Assembly: GCA_964556195.1 (NCBI GenBank)
Contig: CAZKVK010000001.1
Span: forward strand, 1,180 to 65,179
Direction: 5' to 3'
Origin: an uncultured Candidatus Poseidoniales archaeon
GTDB lineage: Archaea; Thermoplasmatota; Poseidoniia; Poseidoniales; Thalassarchaeaceae
DNA: 64,000 nucleotides
In this document: positions 45,247 through 56,248 of the stretch, piece by piece
How positions within the stretch are numbered: position 1 is the stretch's first letter
Layout: the number at the start of each line of letters is the position of its first letter
Program-made: the position numbers and the translations under genes
Notes under the pieces: generated by a model
Database searches by the model: none
Told to the model about the DNA's origin: nothing
The model's input: only the letters and a program-made list of their open reading frames with translations

Positions 45247-48200
45247 TCAGAATGGCGCACCGGGCCTTCTAGATCCGGATCTTGTAAAGTACCATAACAC
45301 GAACACTAGAATAATTGCTAGAATTATACCAATTACAGTGGTTGGTGTAGAATCATCTACTGCTGGAGACTTGAGTGTGTATCTCTTGCTTAGTGTTTCA
45401 GGCTCTTCACCGAATTCTTGGTCTTCACTTGCAATTTCAAAGTCAAACCATTTCTGTGAAGACGACTCAAAGTCTGTCAAATCTATGTCAAGAAGGTAGG
45501 TTACAGAATCGCCGGATAACACATCTTGAGTGACACTGGAATTTACATCGGTTCCACGTACTGTTCCCACCAATTTGACCTTCTCAGCATCGACTAATCC
45601 AGTATTTTCAACAACTACAGTAAATGTGTGAATTGTTCCAAACAGCGGATCGCCATTTGAGTACACATTGGTAATCTCAATTATTGGTAGGGAAGTTTTC
45701 ACTCTAATTGCTATTGGAGGGTAGGTACCATTGTTCTTGTCAGTAACCGAGATAGTGATAGTGAAATCCTCATTTCCTGTTGCATTCTCAGGTGCGATTA
45801 CCTTGATTGTGTGGGTTGTATCAACGAATGCGCCCAAAGTGTGCGATGTGGCTCCTGTTCGTTCCCAGTCAGGAGGGAGTTGAGTATCATCAAATTCAAA
45901 TTCAAATCTCTCATCACCATTTCCACTATTTGAGAATAATAACTGAATAGGCAACTCTTCACCTGGCCTAACTCCGTAAACATCCAACAAAGGCTCTCTT
46001 AGTTCGAAATTGTGGAACTGTGGAATTCTAACAATTACCTCCTGTTCAAACTGATAGCCGTCTGCAGAAGTGAACCGGATATCTACTGTGTGACCATTAG
46101 TAAGAGATTGAGATATCGATTGATTGGCTGGAGTAACTCGGAGTAACAGGTTATCGTAGGTTGTGCTGTTGTTGCTGTCCAAACCAAATTCAAAGGTGAA
46201 AGGGTTAGTCCAATTTTCAATTGACGGATCCCATGCTTCAACCATCCAATATTGACCATCAGTACCTGCAACATTTCCTGATACGGTGTAACTTGAAACC
46301 GTCTCATGACCTAGATAATCAAGAGACATAGTGAATTCGATTGATTCGTATTCCCCCTCATCACCAAGTGTGGTTTGGACATCGAAATATTCACCTTCTT
46401 CGATTAGTACTCCGCCAGTGACGCCTACTATCGTTGCGTTGATTGTGTGGTTGGAAGTTCGGTCAAACAATAAGTCCTGAGTTACCGAGGCGGTTAGATC
46501 GGTTCCAGAACCTGGAACACTAATTGACTTAGTAGCTGTATATTCCATTACACGGCCCATCTGGTCGACGGAGAAGCCGGCTTCGACTTCGATCATGCCA
46601 CTTGGCATTAGAATTGAAATGTCGCCATCTTGGGTCAATATAGCATCCCATCGGACACCTGCTCCGGAGGACAGGGTGAATTCCACTTCGTCGATGATTT
46701 CCGAGCCCTCTAGGTCGATCTCAGAAGCATGATGCTGCGTTCCATTAAAGTCAAGCCATTGAGTTGAAAGATGTAGCCATCCACCATATACTAGATTGAT
46801 GTCTACATTTCCACCATCGCTAATGTCTGCCTCAATGCTTGCCATTCCAACAAGATTTGATTCTTCCAATGTCGCTCGTATAATCCAACGACCTGGTTCG
46901 ACAGAAGCGTTCCATTGACCGTTCCATACTCCATCTTCGTAGACCTTGTCAGGCACTACGTGCTCGCGTACCATACCATGTGTAGGAATCAAAATTAAAT
47001 CCACTTCTTCGCCGATACTGGCTAAATCAGAGTAGCTCACATTTCCAAAGATATTCACATATCCGGCTGTCAATTCTATTTCTACAGAGTTCGGATTGTA
47101 CATTGCTATGTTTTCATCTTCTTGCTCAAATCCTTCCCTAAAGGTCGAAACTTGCCAAGTTGTATCTGAAGGTACGAATACACTCCAATCACCAACAGAG
47201 TTAGTTACCTGAGTAATGTTATCTTGACCTTCACTGGTCAAGAAAATTTCCACATCTGGCACACCCTCTCCAACATCTGCGTCATCGTCATCATCTTGGT
47301 CCCAGAATATCGTTCCAGATAACTCATAGTGGGTTGATGAGATAATATCGATTAATTCATTCTCACCCGCAACGAGGCCCCCATCAACCAATTCAACCGA
47401 CTCAATGATGTATCGAGTCCTATCATCCGTCTGGTTAAGTTCAACATTCCATGAACCCGAAGTTATGGTTCCAGAGGTTTGGCCGGAACCATCGGTCATG
47501 TCAAGATATACCATCCCTAATCCATCATTAGAAGTTAATATCAATTCCATATCTTGCAGATAAACTCCATCTTCATCAGAAATTCTAACCGAGAATGATG
47601 CGAGTTCACTAGTTGAGATTGTATGTGCATCGTTAGCGTTTTGTTCGGAGACTGAGATCGTGGTTCGGACACCTTCGAAAACTCCGGTATCTGTTTGTAC
47701 AGAATCAATTACAACAATCCATTCTCCATCCGGTAAGTGGTCGATTAGTGTTCCATTCATGTCGGTCTTACGAGTGATTATTTCGCCACTATTTTCTGTA
47801 TCAATAAATCTAATCAACTGATCAACAAGTGGTCCGCCGCTTTCGTTAGTAAATGTCAGATCAACCTTCCATTCTGGGTCGAAGCCAATGCTTCTACTAA
47901 CTACTTCACCGCCGAAGCCAACCTCAAAGTAGGAGTCTCCAGTCATTATTCTAGTTCCGAAAAGGTCTCCTGCACGAGCGTCTGAAATTTCTACGTCAAT
48001 ACGATATGAGCCTGCCTCAACTGGCACCCTTGCGAAGCCATCTGAGATCCACTCGTCAGCATCTGCTTGTACATCTGTTGTCAATCCAGCAGTATTCTCC
48101 AAAGGAACAATAGAGAACCTATATTCTACGGACGTTCCATTAGTGACATCGTTATTTCCGTTATTATCGAGGAAGAAATCTATCTCGACAAATGAAGGGT

Positions 48201-51200
48201 CTGGGTAAAGGTACACCTCTACTGTGTCATTCTCACCATCTACCAGAAGAGTAGCTTCACTTGCATTCAGCCAATCTAAATCAGTAGTAAATGTCCAGTT
48301 ACCATGAGGTAGTATCGTGTTAAAAGAGCCTATTTGAGTGGCTTCTATATGCCAAACAGCATCCATGTCTTCATTCATTGCGAATACGGTAACTGGTTCC
48401 CAACCCTTTAGATTGGAAGTGTAGTAATTACCTAATCTATTGAGGTTTAGATTACCATTAACATCGTGTCCTGGACGGGCGATCATTGTGACATTGTCCA
48501 TTCCCTCCTCAACTGTGAATCGGGTGCCGTTGACAACATTGAGAACGTTACCAAAGACTGCAGCGTCAACAACGGAGCCGATTGGTAAAACGACATTGAA
48601 TACACCATTTGCGTCGGTTGTTTCGGTTGTTGTGAAATTCTCCCAGTGGAAAATTACCTGAGTAAAGTCGACAACCTCTGCCTGAATTGTTGAATCAGAT
48701 ACTTCCGAATTAGTTTCGTAAAAGACGGTTCCAACTACATTCATTGATTCTCTAAAGATGAAGGAGGTGGAAATGTCAGATTGAACATCAATTTGCTCCC
48801 ATAGTTGTTCGGAATCACTCAAGGTATGGCTTAGTATCCACTCACCTTGTGATAATTCAACTAAGTATTCACCCGTGTCATTATCGAATACAGCAAGTGC
48901 TGGGGCTGCCGAATTGTCAGCCCTAACCAAAGTCAAGTTTAGATTCTCCACGGGGGTTTGGGTTCCATTGGCAATTTGAGTTAATGAGAATCTCAAATCG
49001 TATACGGTAGGTATAGGATTAGGGAAGTCTACTTCCGAGTCCATATCTGCTTCAAATTCATGAGTTAGTTCTACCTCATTGAACCCGTCTTCATCCATGT
49101 CTAACTCAAAGATGTACTCTCCTGGAACAATCGGCCCGAACGTAAAGGAGCCGTTCTCATCGGCTGTTAATTGGCAAGGAGCATACATTACTTCACTGCA
49201 TTCCCCTAGAATGGTATCGTTTTCAGAATCAACTTGAATCATTGTCACGGAGCCTGACAAAGGATTGCCATCTACATCGCTTAATGTTCCAGAAATTAAT
49301 CCGCCTGCTACATCGATCGGATGGAGCGAAGGAACACCTTGGAACGGCACATTGAATCCATCACTAATTGCAATTCTAGTACCATCATTGAATATAACTG
49401 CTACATTGTAATTCCCAGGTATTGCATCGACTAGGTGGAAGGTTCCAGCTTGAACCATAGGGCCACTAAATTCACCCTCACCGGTGAATGTACCGGTTCC
49501 ATTTAGAGTACCGTAGGAATCTAGATTTTCATTACTGGCATCTACTGTGAAAACACCTGCTCCTGTTAGAGATGAACCATTATGTTCTTGCGAGAATGAA
49601 GATGTTCCATTGGATGTAAATCTACCAGTTGCATTAATTGCGCCCTCAATCAGGAAGTCACCATTTGCAAGGAAACAAACCGAGAAGTTCTCCGGCATTG
49701 TGCCATTTTCATTACAATCACCGTCGACAGTGTCGTCTCCATCAATCACTCCTGAAAGAGTTCCTCGACCTGAAAATTCACCTGATCCCGCTAGGCTATG
49801 GCCGTTCAGAATCATCTGAGTGTGTGTACCGACGAAATCGGTTACTATCATCAGGCCATTGCTGATGACCTCTCCTTCACCAGTAAAGGTCACTTGACCG
49901 ATTCCTTGGAAAGATAGGTCTGGGCCGTTGACACTTCCAGTAGATGTCTCTAGCATAATCGGTTGCATCTGAATTTCATCCCAAACAGGAGTCAATTCGA
50001 CAACAGCATCGGTAATTGCTTGACCGTCAAATGAATCTGCACCATTCCAAATTAATCGGCCGGTGGAGAATGATGGTTCTACGATAATATCCGCATTAAT
50101 CTCAATCTGACCATTGGAATGTCCTGCTTCACCGGAGACGTTTACGATGGTCTCGGATAGCCATTGGGACCCAGACACATTACCCAGTATACCCGTGATT
50201 AAGTTGACATTTCTTACTCCAGTAGTTGATTCGGTGGCTACGTCTTGTAACATACCGCCAGAACCACTGGCTAACTCATCACGAGCAGCTCTGATATCGG
50301 GTTCACCAAAGAAGGCTGAAACTCTAATCTTACCTGCTGGAACGGTGAATGAATAATCTCCGTTTTCATCGGCGTCTACCGTCCCTATTGGAACCCAGTA
50401 AGTTCTAGGATCTTGATCGGTGACGGTTCCGTTCTCATCGGCAACCTCTTCACCACTGAAAGCATCTCTTTCAATCAATATTCTAGCATTTGGAACAGGT
50501 CCTATTCCATCCAATTCAACAGTACCTTCTAGGGTTGCTCCGCTGTAATATTTGACGACCTTGACATTGGAATTTGCTCGACCAATTGCAGCATAGCCCC
50601 CATCGAAAATATCTGGTACACTGTTATTATCCTCATCAGGCGAATCGGAACCGTCATTGTACCAATTAGCTATGACGAAGTGATTCATCATCGCACCAGG
50701 AAGAGGGAAAGCATTCTCTAGTGGGGAACCTGGAGTTCCACTGATGGCCCATGTTGGTCCAGGTTGAGATGGATTAACCATTAGGCCCAAACTTGATGTT
50801 CCGTATCCAACGTAAATTCTAGCAACCATAGTTTCAAAGAAAGATTCTGTTTGTTGATATTGGATATCTACAAGTTGAATCATATCTGAAGAGTCTTCCA
50901 TCGCTCCAGATTGCTGCTTTACAACGTCAGACATATACTCCTGCTCATAGCGCTCAGCACTCATGAAGACAGTAGGGCGGTCCCCGCGCTGAGTTTCGTA
51001 AACCGATTCAATGTAATGATTCGGGTCCAGTCCAGAAAGGGTAGTTGGAGCGTAGAAAATTCCAGTGGTTTGACCTCGATGATAGCTTTGGTCAGCGTAA
51101 TATGCACCACCGAGAGGATACAACCTATCGTCTATTGCGAAGTAGCGAATCTCGTTGTTTCGTTCGATAGTTTCTCCCAAACTACCTCCGTAATCCTGAA

Positions 51201-54200
51201 CCTCATAAACAATCAGTGTAGAGATATCATGGTACAGTTCCACCAGTTCATCAAGAGTGAGTGCTGTAGTTAGGAAAGCACGGGCTAGACCCAACTTAGC
51301 GTTTGCTCGATGTAGGTTTGTAGAAACGTCATCATAACTTTCGATTAAGTCGGCAGTGTACCTATAACCGCCAATCTCGTAGTGGGTTGTAACCTCCTCA
51401 TAGGGTTGGCTAGAACCGCGGGCTTGGTTGAACATGGTCTTGGCCTCAGTCTCGTTAGTTGTTGCATTACCAACCTGCTTACCGTCTTTGAACACAAACC
51501 ACATTGGTTCTGTAGGAAGTCCATTTTCATCAAGGACAGTACCATGCATCAAATCTGTAGTAATTTTGAGGTTTCCACTAGTAAAGGAGGAATCTTGTGT
51601 CTCCTGTACATTTTGATAGATTAGAACCAAAGAACGATCGATTACGAATTGCTTTTGGCCAGGACCGAGTGATAGAATATCGTGGAATTCTTCAACTTGT
51701 TCAGGTGACAGGTGGGGTTCGATAACTTGAGAGAATTCGCTGCCAAATTCCCCATTTCCTGAGTACTGTCTGTCTCCCTGCGCTAGAGTAGCGATAAACA
51801 TCGCAAGTGTGTCTTCTTGGCCAGAAGAGAGTAACATAGCACCACTATGTGGAATTCCAGACTGGAAGTTATCAGCAACAGTGGGATGTTCTCCGGAATC
51901 CAATGCCTGGAAACCATAATCCCACCAAGATACGAATGCAGGTCTTTCACCAAATTTCTCGTCAGAATCTTGTTCTGAGAGCCATTCGTAGGCCATATTC
52001 CAACCTCCTCCATTAAATCCAGGACCGAAGGTTCCCATGTACCAGCAACCATTTCCACAGTTCGCGGTTGGGTTGTAGGAACTGCTATCCAGTAGCGATA
52101 GCCCTCCTACATCGTACCTCATTACATCTGGGGTAATATCGTAGATTACCTGATCAACATCTCCGGAGGCTGTTTCTCCCCTAGGGATACCTGAGTCGAC
52201 ACCATAGGTTGCGTGTTGAGTTGCTACGAGCATGAAAACTAACACTAGGGCTGGAATCATCGGTTTCTTTACACTAGCAGTTCTGACTGAGCGGAAGCGA
52301 GCACGTGGAGTACCAATTCCTGCACGACGCCATTCTTTGATGAACCCTGAGAAATCAGCCATCTTCCAAAGTGCGGCAATACCTATTGCACCAACAACAG
52401 CCATTGCTGGAGTTGCGTTGAAAATGAATCTTCCAGCGGTCCAAGCCATGTATGCGGCAATGAGAACCCATAGTCCAACTAATGACTGGCCTTGCTTTTC
52501 TTCTCGAGCACCTCGCCATAGAAGAATGAATGCATAACCTAGGGCAATCAAAGTAACAATCGGACCATAGGAAGCGAATAGAACACCTCTACTTGGTGCC
52601 TGGGCTTCTCCGATAGTTCCGAAAATCTTGTTCTTTGAGAAGTAAAAACCGCCAGTGAATAGGATATCCCAACCATCGTAATATTCAGCTGTTTGTAGAA
52701 TCCATAATGCCGATAGAATGCCGCCAAATAGTACGACACCGCTGCCCAATACCAAGAGCCAAGGTTTGTCTCGGAAGCTGGATGCTACCCAACCTAAGGC
52801 GATTGTGAATCCAACGATATAGAACATAGGCTGGAATCCACTTGGGGCCCACAATAGGTTGAGGCCTGGCCAAATGTAGAATGGTAATGGAATTAGGAAA
52901 GTTGTGAACATCATCTGTAAAGCCGCCGATGTCAGTGGAAGACTGTCACGTCGACGGAACATGTTGAGGACAATTTGGAAAGCAAATGCAAGGAATAGAA
53001 TTCCTGGTCCGTATACGAATCCCTTCCAACCTAGCGCCACTGTTGAGAAACTAATTCCAGCTAGTGTTGCGTAGGACATCATTATTGGATTACGATTCCA
53101 CATCTCTCGAATTCCGGCAATCAAATACAATGGATTCGCACTTGGATTGCGGAATACGCGTTCACTACTAATCTCGCCTAGTGCTCTAACCCAGAAGTAG
53201 AACGCTAGAGTTAGGAAAAGTAGGGCGAAAGAGTCGTGGTCGGCTAGACCAAATGTTGAGTGGCTAATGTGGCCAGGCATTAGTGCCATCAACCAAGCAG
53301 CGAAAATACCTGCCTGAGCGCTGTGAAGTCGATTTGCAATTCCTGCAACTGGTAGAACAATCAAAGCTCCAAAGACTGCAGGCAAACCTGCAACCGACCA
53401 CCAAACGACTTCTTCGGCCGGAATACCAGTTAGCCACTCAAGTGCAAGGCCCCCAAGGGCTAAACACCACGAGAACAGTGGGGGTCGAGGATTGATTCCA
53501 CCACTAGGGTACGAACGGTCAGCATCGAAAATGAAGTGCGCGTGCTCTGCTACGATGTAGTCTACAACCCTCTTCATGTACCAAGGGTCAGAACCTCCAG
53601 TCATATCCCAAAGTCCGGTTATATTCGCATTCATTGCTGGAAGTACATTCCAACCGGTCCTGATTAACAGACCAACAATAACTGCGGAGCCGACTAGGAT
53701 GGAATAGGAATTGTCCCTCCACCACAAGCGGAACTCACTTGGTTCACGGCGTGGAGCAATATCTCCGAACCTTCCACTAGATGCAAACATAATCGCTAGT
53801 ACATTCAACCAGAATGTGATGAAGAACCATGAGAATGCACCACCGAAATCATTGCCGGCAAGGAATTCTAATTGTTCTGGGAGATTGACTCCAATCTCAA
53901 CCAAGTGAGAAAGTGTGTAGATTAACCAATTTACTGCGACTACTGATCCAAGAACATGCCATCTTTCTGCACGACAGAAGGCTACAAACATCACTACCAT
54001 CGAGGTTACCAGAGCCCAAACTCCACCAAGGTAATGATGCTCCTCAAAAGTGGCGGCATCAGAAATACTTGCTAAGGAGTAGAGTGGAATCAAGTTCACA
54101 ATCAATAAGAATGATCCCGTGATGAGCAAATCGCGATGTTGTGAGAAATCAATCTTTGTTGGTAGCCTTTCAAACAGAGGCCCATTACCGCCATCGTAGA

Positions 54201-54780
54201 GAATTCCTCTGAACGCAATGGCGAGCAGAGTTCCTAGCATCATCGATGCAGTGTAGAAGGAAAAGAAATTAGCAGCTATACCAGCTCTTTGGACATCAAT
54301 GAGTAGATTCTGTAAGCTATCTCCCTCTGAGAGAGTCAATTCAGGCATTGAGGCCGCATAGGCTACAGAAACATGGAATCCTGCAACCATAGTGAATAGA
54401 ATCGTAGCTTCCTCGTTTCTATTGGATTTTACAAGAATTAATGTAGAAATCGCCATGAACGCAAAAGTTGTTGCAAGTATGGCGTCAATAAATCCAAGGA
54501 ATTCAAGAGCTATTGGAACGACTGCGAACAAGAGTGCGAATACCGGAGTTCGCTTTACGGGTGAATCATCAGGAACGGCAGATACCCAAATCCTTCCCAA
54601 AACAGCCGCGAGAGCGGCTGCTACGGGAAGGATAACCAACTTTCCTGTGTCAATCATCGCATCATCAGCGAGGGATGTAGCGGCGAAAAGTAACAGGATT
54701 AATCCTGCTAGTACCGCTGGTGCCGAAACCAGTCCATTGTACTGGCCGACGCCCCTCGTATTCCCGTTTTCGTAAGACAT
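45247..54780 (-). CDS. aglB: Giant (3177 aa) AglB/STT3-family N-oligosaccharyltransferase fused to an extra N-terminal polytopic membrane module and a ~2200-aa C-terminal array of Ig-like/CarboxypepD_reg-like/CARDB-like domains with its own C-terminal TM anchor
   Basis: EL1 motif GGSDPWYMKR (aa ~396-404, nt ~53578..53592). OST signature WWDYGFQ (nt 51913..51927, read directly), followed by DNFQSG. About 13 TM helices between the two motifs, plus roughly 8 more helices in the first 380 aa. C-terminal G.V.D..G.PL.G..V-type blocks (ISGTLSDVDGNPLSGSVTMIQV). Final helix VIGIILAIILVFVLWYF then TRSGSRRPGAPF. Confidence 0.85.
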   Translation of the reverse strand: MSYENGNTRGVGQYNGLVSAPAVLAGLILLLFAATSLADDAMIDTGKLVILPVAAALAAVLGRIWVSAVPDDSPVKRTPVFALLFAVVPIALEFLGFIDAILATTFAFMAISTLILVKSNRNEEATILFTMVAGFHVSVAYAASMPELTLSEGDSLQNLLIDVQRAGIAANFFSFYTASMMLGTLLAIAFRGILYDGGNGPLFERLPTKIDFSQHRDLLITGSFLLIVNLIPLYSLASISDAATFEEHHYLGGVWALVTSMVVMFVAFCRAERWHVLGSVVAVNWLIYTLSHLVEIGVNLPEQLEFLAGNDFGGAFSWFFITFWLNVLAIMFASSGRFGDIAPRREPSEFRLWWRDNSYSILVGSAVIVGLLIRTGWNVLPAMNANITGLWDMTGGSDPWYMKRVVDYIVAEHAHFIFDADRSYPSGGINPRPPLFSWCLALGGLALEWLTGIPAEEVVWWSVAGLPAVFGALIVLPVAGIANRLHSAQAGIFAAWLMALMPGHISHSTFGLADHDSFALLFLTLAFYFWVRALGEISSERVFRNPSANPLYLIAGIREMWNRNPIMMSYATLAGISFSTVALGWKGFVYGPGILFLAFAFQIVLNMFRRRDSLPLTSAALQMMFTTFLIPLPFYIWPGLNLLWAPSGFQPMFYIVGFTIALGWVASSFRDKPWLLVLGSGVVLFGGILSALWILQTAEYYDGWDILFTGGFYFSKNKIFGTIGEAQAPSRGVLFASYGPIVTLIALGYAFILLWRGAREEKQGQSLVGLWVLIAAYMAWTAGRFIFNATPAMAVVGAIGIAALWKMADFSGFIKEWRRAGIGTPRARFRSVRTASVKKPMIPALVLVFMLVATQHATYGVDSGIPRGETASGDVDQVIYDITPDVMRYDVGGLSLLDSSSYNPTANCGNGCWYMGTFGPGFNGGGWNMAYEWLSEQDSDEKFGERPAFVSWWDYGFQALDSGEHPTVADNFQSGIPHSGAMLLSSGQEDTLAMFIATLAQGDRQYSGNGEFGSEFSQVIEPHLSPEQVEEFHDILSLGPGQKQFVIDRSLVLIYQNVQETQDSSFTSGNLKITTDLMHGTVLDENGLPTEPMWFVFKDGKQVGNATTNETEAKTMFNQARGSSQPYEEVTTHYEIGGYRYTADLIESYDDVSTNLHRANAKLGLARAFLTTALTLDELVELYHDISTLIVYEVQDYGGSLGETIERNNEIRYFAIDDRLYPLGGAYYADQSYHRGQTTGIFYAPTTLSGLDPNHYIESVYETQRGDRPTVFMSAERYEQEYMSDVVKQQSGAMEDSSDMIQLVDIQYQQTESFFETMVARIYVGYGTSSLGLMVNPSQPGPTWAISGTPGSPLENAFPLPGAMMNHFVIANWYNDGSDSPDEDNNSVPDIFDGGYAAIGRANSNVKVVKYYSGATLEGTVELDGIGPVPNARILIERDAFSGEEVADENGTVTDQDPRTYWVPIGTVDADENGDYSFTVPAGKIRVSAFFGEPDIRAARDELASGSGGMLQDVATESTTGVRNVNLITGILGNVSGSQWLSETIVNVSGEAGHSNGQIEINADIIVEPSFSTGRLIWNGADSFDGQAITDAVVELTPVWDEIQMQPIMLETSTGSVNGPDLSFQGIGQVTFTGEGEVISNGLMIVTDFVGTHTQMILNGHSLAGSGEFSGRGTLSGVIDGDDTVDGDCNENGTMPENFSVCFLANGDFLIEGAINATGRFTSNGTSSFSQEHNGSSLTGAGVFTVDASNENLDSYGTLNGTGTFTGEGEFSGPMVQAGTFHLVDAIPGNYNVAVIFNDGTRIAISDGFNVPFQGVPSLHPIDVAGGLISGTLSDVDGNPLSGSVTMIQVDSENDTILGECSEVMYAPCQLTADENGSFTFGPIVPGEYIFELDMDEDGFNEVELTHEFEADMDSEVDFPNPIPTVYDLRFSLTQIANGTQTPVENLNLTLVRADNSAAPALAVFDNDTGEYLVELSQGEWILSHTLSDSEQLWEQIDVQSDISTSFIFRESMNVVGTVFYETNSEVSDSTIQAEVVDFTQVIFHWENFTTTETTDANGVFNVVLPIGSVVDAAVFGNVLNVVNGTRFTVEEGMDNVTMIARPGHDVNGNLNLNRLGNYYTSNLKGWEPVTVFAMNEDMDAVWHIEATQIGSFNTILPHGNWTFTTDLDWLNASEATLLVDGENDTVEVYLYPDPSFVEIDFFLDNNGNNDVTNGTSVEYRFSIVPLENTAGLTTDVQADADEWISDGFARVPVEAGSYRIDVEISDARAGDLFGTRIMTGDSYFEVGFGGEVVSRSIGFDPEWKVDLTFTNESGGPLVDQLIRFIDTENSGEIITRKTDMNGTLIDHLPDGEWIVVIDSVQTDTGVFEGVRTTISVSEQNANDAHTISTSELASFSVRISDEDGVYLQDMELILTSNDGLGMVYLDMTDGSGQTSGTITSGSWNVELNQTDDRTRYIIESVELVDGGLVAGENELIDIISSTHYELSGTIFWDQDDDDDADVGEGVPDVEIFLTSEGQDNITQVTNSVGDWSVFVPSDTTWQVSTFREGFEQEDENIAMYNPNSVEIELTAGYVNIFGNVSYSDLASIGEEVDLILIPTHGMVREHVVPDKVYEDGVWNGQWNASVEPGRWIIRATLEESNLVGMASIEADISDGGNVDINLVYGGWLHLSTQWLDFNGTQHHASEIDLEGSEIIDEVEFTLSSGAGVRWDAILTQDGDISILMPSGMIEVEAGFSVDQMGRVMEYTATKSISVPGSGTDLTASVTQDLLFDRTSNHTINATIVGVTGGVLIEEGEYFDVQTTLGDEGEYESIEFTMSLDYLGHETVSSYTVSGNVAGTDGQYWMVEAWDPSIENWTNPFTFEFGLDSNNSTTYDNLLLRVTPANQSISQSLTNGHTVDIRFTSADGYQFEQEVIVRIPQFHNFELREPLLDVYGVRPGEELPIQLLFSNSGNGDERFEFEFDDTQLPPDWERTGATSHTLGAFVDTTHTIKVIAPENATGNEDFTITISVTDKNNGTYPPIAIRVKTSLPIIEITNVYSNGDPLFGTIHTFTVVVENTGLVDAEKVKLVGTVRGTDVNSSVTQDVLSGDSVTYLLDIDLTDFESSSQKWFDFEIASEDQEFGEEPETLSKRYTLKSPAVDDSTPTTVIGIILAIILVFVLWYFTRSGSRRPGAPF

Positions 54781-54901
54781 TATTTCATCACCGTCTATTT
54801 GCAGCCTGAAGGCTCAGCGTCGCGGCGACCTAAACTTCTGTTATAACCATTCTCGGCATTTCCGCTACGTAGTAGCGAGCCAATCTTTCAACAAAACCCG
54901 C

Positions 54902-56170
54902 TCAAAGTGCCCGATATGCGATGTCTCTTCGATAATGTGAACCTTCTAGAGAGATTTCGTCAATAATGGCGTAAGCAGCGTCGACGGCGTTCGGAAGATC
55001 GGTTGCAACGGCGGTTGCAGATAGGACCCTCCCCCCACTTGAGAGAAGTTTTCCACCCTCATCACGAACCGTACCTGCTTGATGAACAAATGCGGTGATT
55101 TCTCCTTCTTCGATTCTAGAATCTTCGCCATTAATTTCCCTACCTGTTTTTGAGGAGCCAGGGTAACCTTCCGAAGCCAAAACCACAGTGACTGCGGACT
55201 TTCTTGAGAATATTGGCTCAAAACCGTCAATCCTGCCCTTGGCGGCTGCGAGAAGCATTTCTCCGAGGTCACTTTCTATCAACGGAATTGTGACTTGAGT
55301 TTCCGGATCGCCAAATCTAACATTATACTCAACAACGCTGGGAGCGCCTTCATCATCAATCATCAGCCCGACATATAGGACTCCACGATATGGAATTGGT
55401 TGATTCCGCAGATAGTGATGCATTGGACTGACAATTTCCTCAATTGCCCTTTGCCTTACTGATTCAGTGACTACAGGAGCAGGAGCATATGCACCCATAC
55501 CGCCAGTATTTGGTCCTGTATCGCCTTCTCCGACCCTTTTGTGATCTTGACTTGCTGGCAAGCAAATAAATCCCGATTCGTCCATAATCACCAGCATGGA
55601 AGCTTCCTCACCAGAGAGGAATTCTTCCAACAGAACAAAGCCATCTGTGAAAATAGAGTCTCTGATGAACCTGCTCGCCTCATCTACATCCTCAGTCACC
55701 ACTACACCCTTACCGGCGGCAAGAACATCTCGCTTGATTACCCACGGAGGGGAATAGCGAGAAAGAGCTGCGTCGATATCAGAATCTGACTTCAAAATCT
55801 GCACCCCGCCTGTTGGTATTCCTAATTCTGCCATTACTTGCTTTGCATGTAGTTTCGAACCTTCTAACTCAGCACCTTCTGAATGAGGTCCGAAACTAGG
55901 TATGCCCTTAGCCCTCAAGGAATCTGAAAGACCCGCCACCAAGGGGGCTTCTGGACCTACTACGACTAGGTCTGCAGATAACTCACTTGCAAGTTCAACA
56001 ACCGCATCAACATCGGTGGCTGAAATGTTGTGATTGGTTCCTAGCATTGAGGTTCCTGCATTACCAGGGCATGTGTGAATTGAATCAACGGAGGCGCTTT
56101 CCGATAGACCAATTGCAAGAGCGTGCTCCCTACCACCCCCTCCGACGATGAGCACCTTCATTCCGGCCAT
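54902..56170 (-). CDS. purD: phosphoribosylamine--glycine ligase
   Basis: MKVLIVGGGGREHALA N-terminus, ATP-grasp blocks, C-terminal GGRVL; start set at MAGMKVL. Confidence 0.85.
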   Translation of the reverse strand: MAGMKVLIVGGGGREHALAIGLSESASVDSIHTCPGNAGTSMLGTNHNISATDVDAVVELASELSADLVVVGPEAPLVAGLSDSLRAKGIPSFGPHSEGAELEGSKLHAKQVMAELGIPTGGVQILKSDSDIDAALSRYSPPWVIKRDVLAAGKGVVVTEDVDEASRFIRDSIFTDGFVLLEEFLSGEEASMLVIMDESGFICLPASQDHKRVGEGDTGPNTGGMGAYAPAPVVTESVRQRAIEEIVSPMHHYLRNQPIPYRGVLYVGLMIDDEGAPSVVEYNVRFGDPETQVTIPLIESDLGEMLLAAAKGRIDGFEPIFSRKSAVTVVLASEGYPGSSKTGREINGEDSRIEEGEITAFVHQAGTVRDEGGKLLSSGGRVLSATAVATDLPNAVDAAYAIIDEISLEGSHYRRDIAYRAL

Positions 56171-56248
56171 GTTGCATACGAATCGGTTAGGAAAATAATG
56201 CATTCCTATGGTCAATCTCTTGTACGAAAGAGAAAAACTACTCTTTCA

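Noticed and set aside
45247-54780. Possibility that the 3177-aa ORF is two genes (aglB + adhesin) joined by an error
   Set aside because: This is not rejected outright. However, the frame is continuous for 9.5 kb with no internal stops, and the C-terminal TM anchor fits the local protein style, so I report it as one gene and flag the need for assembly verification.
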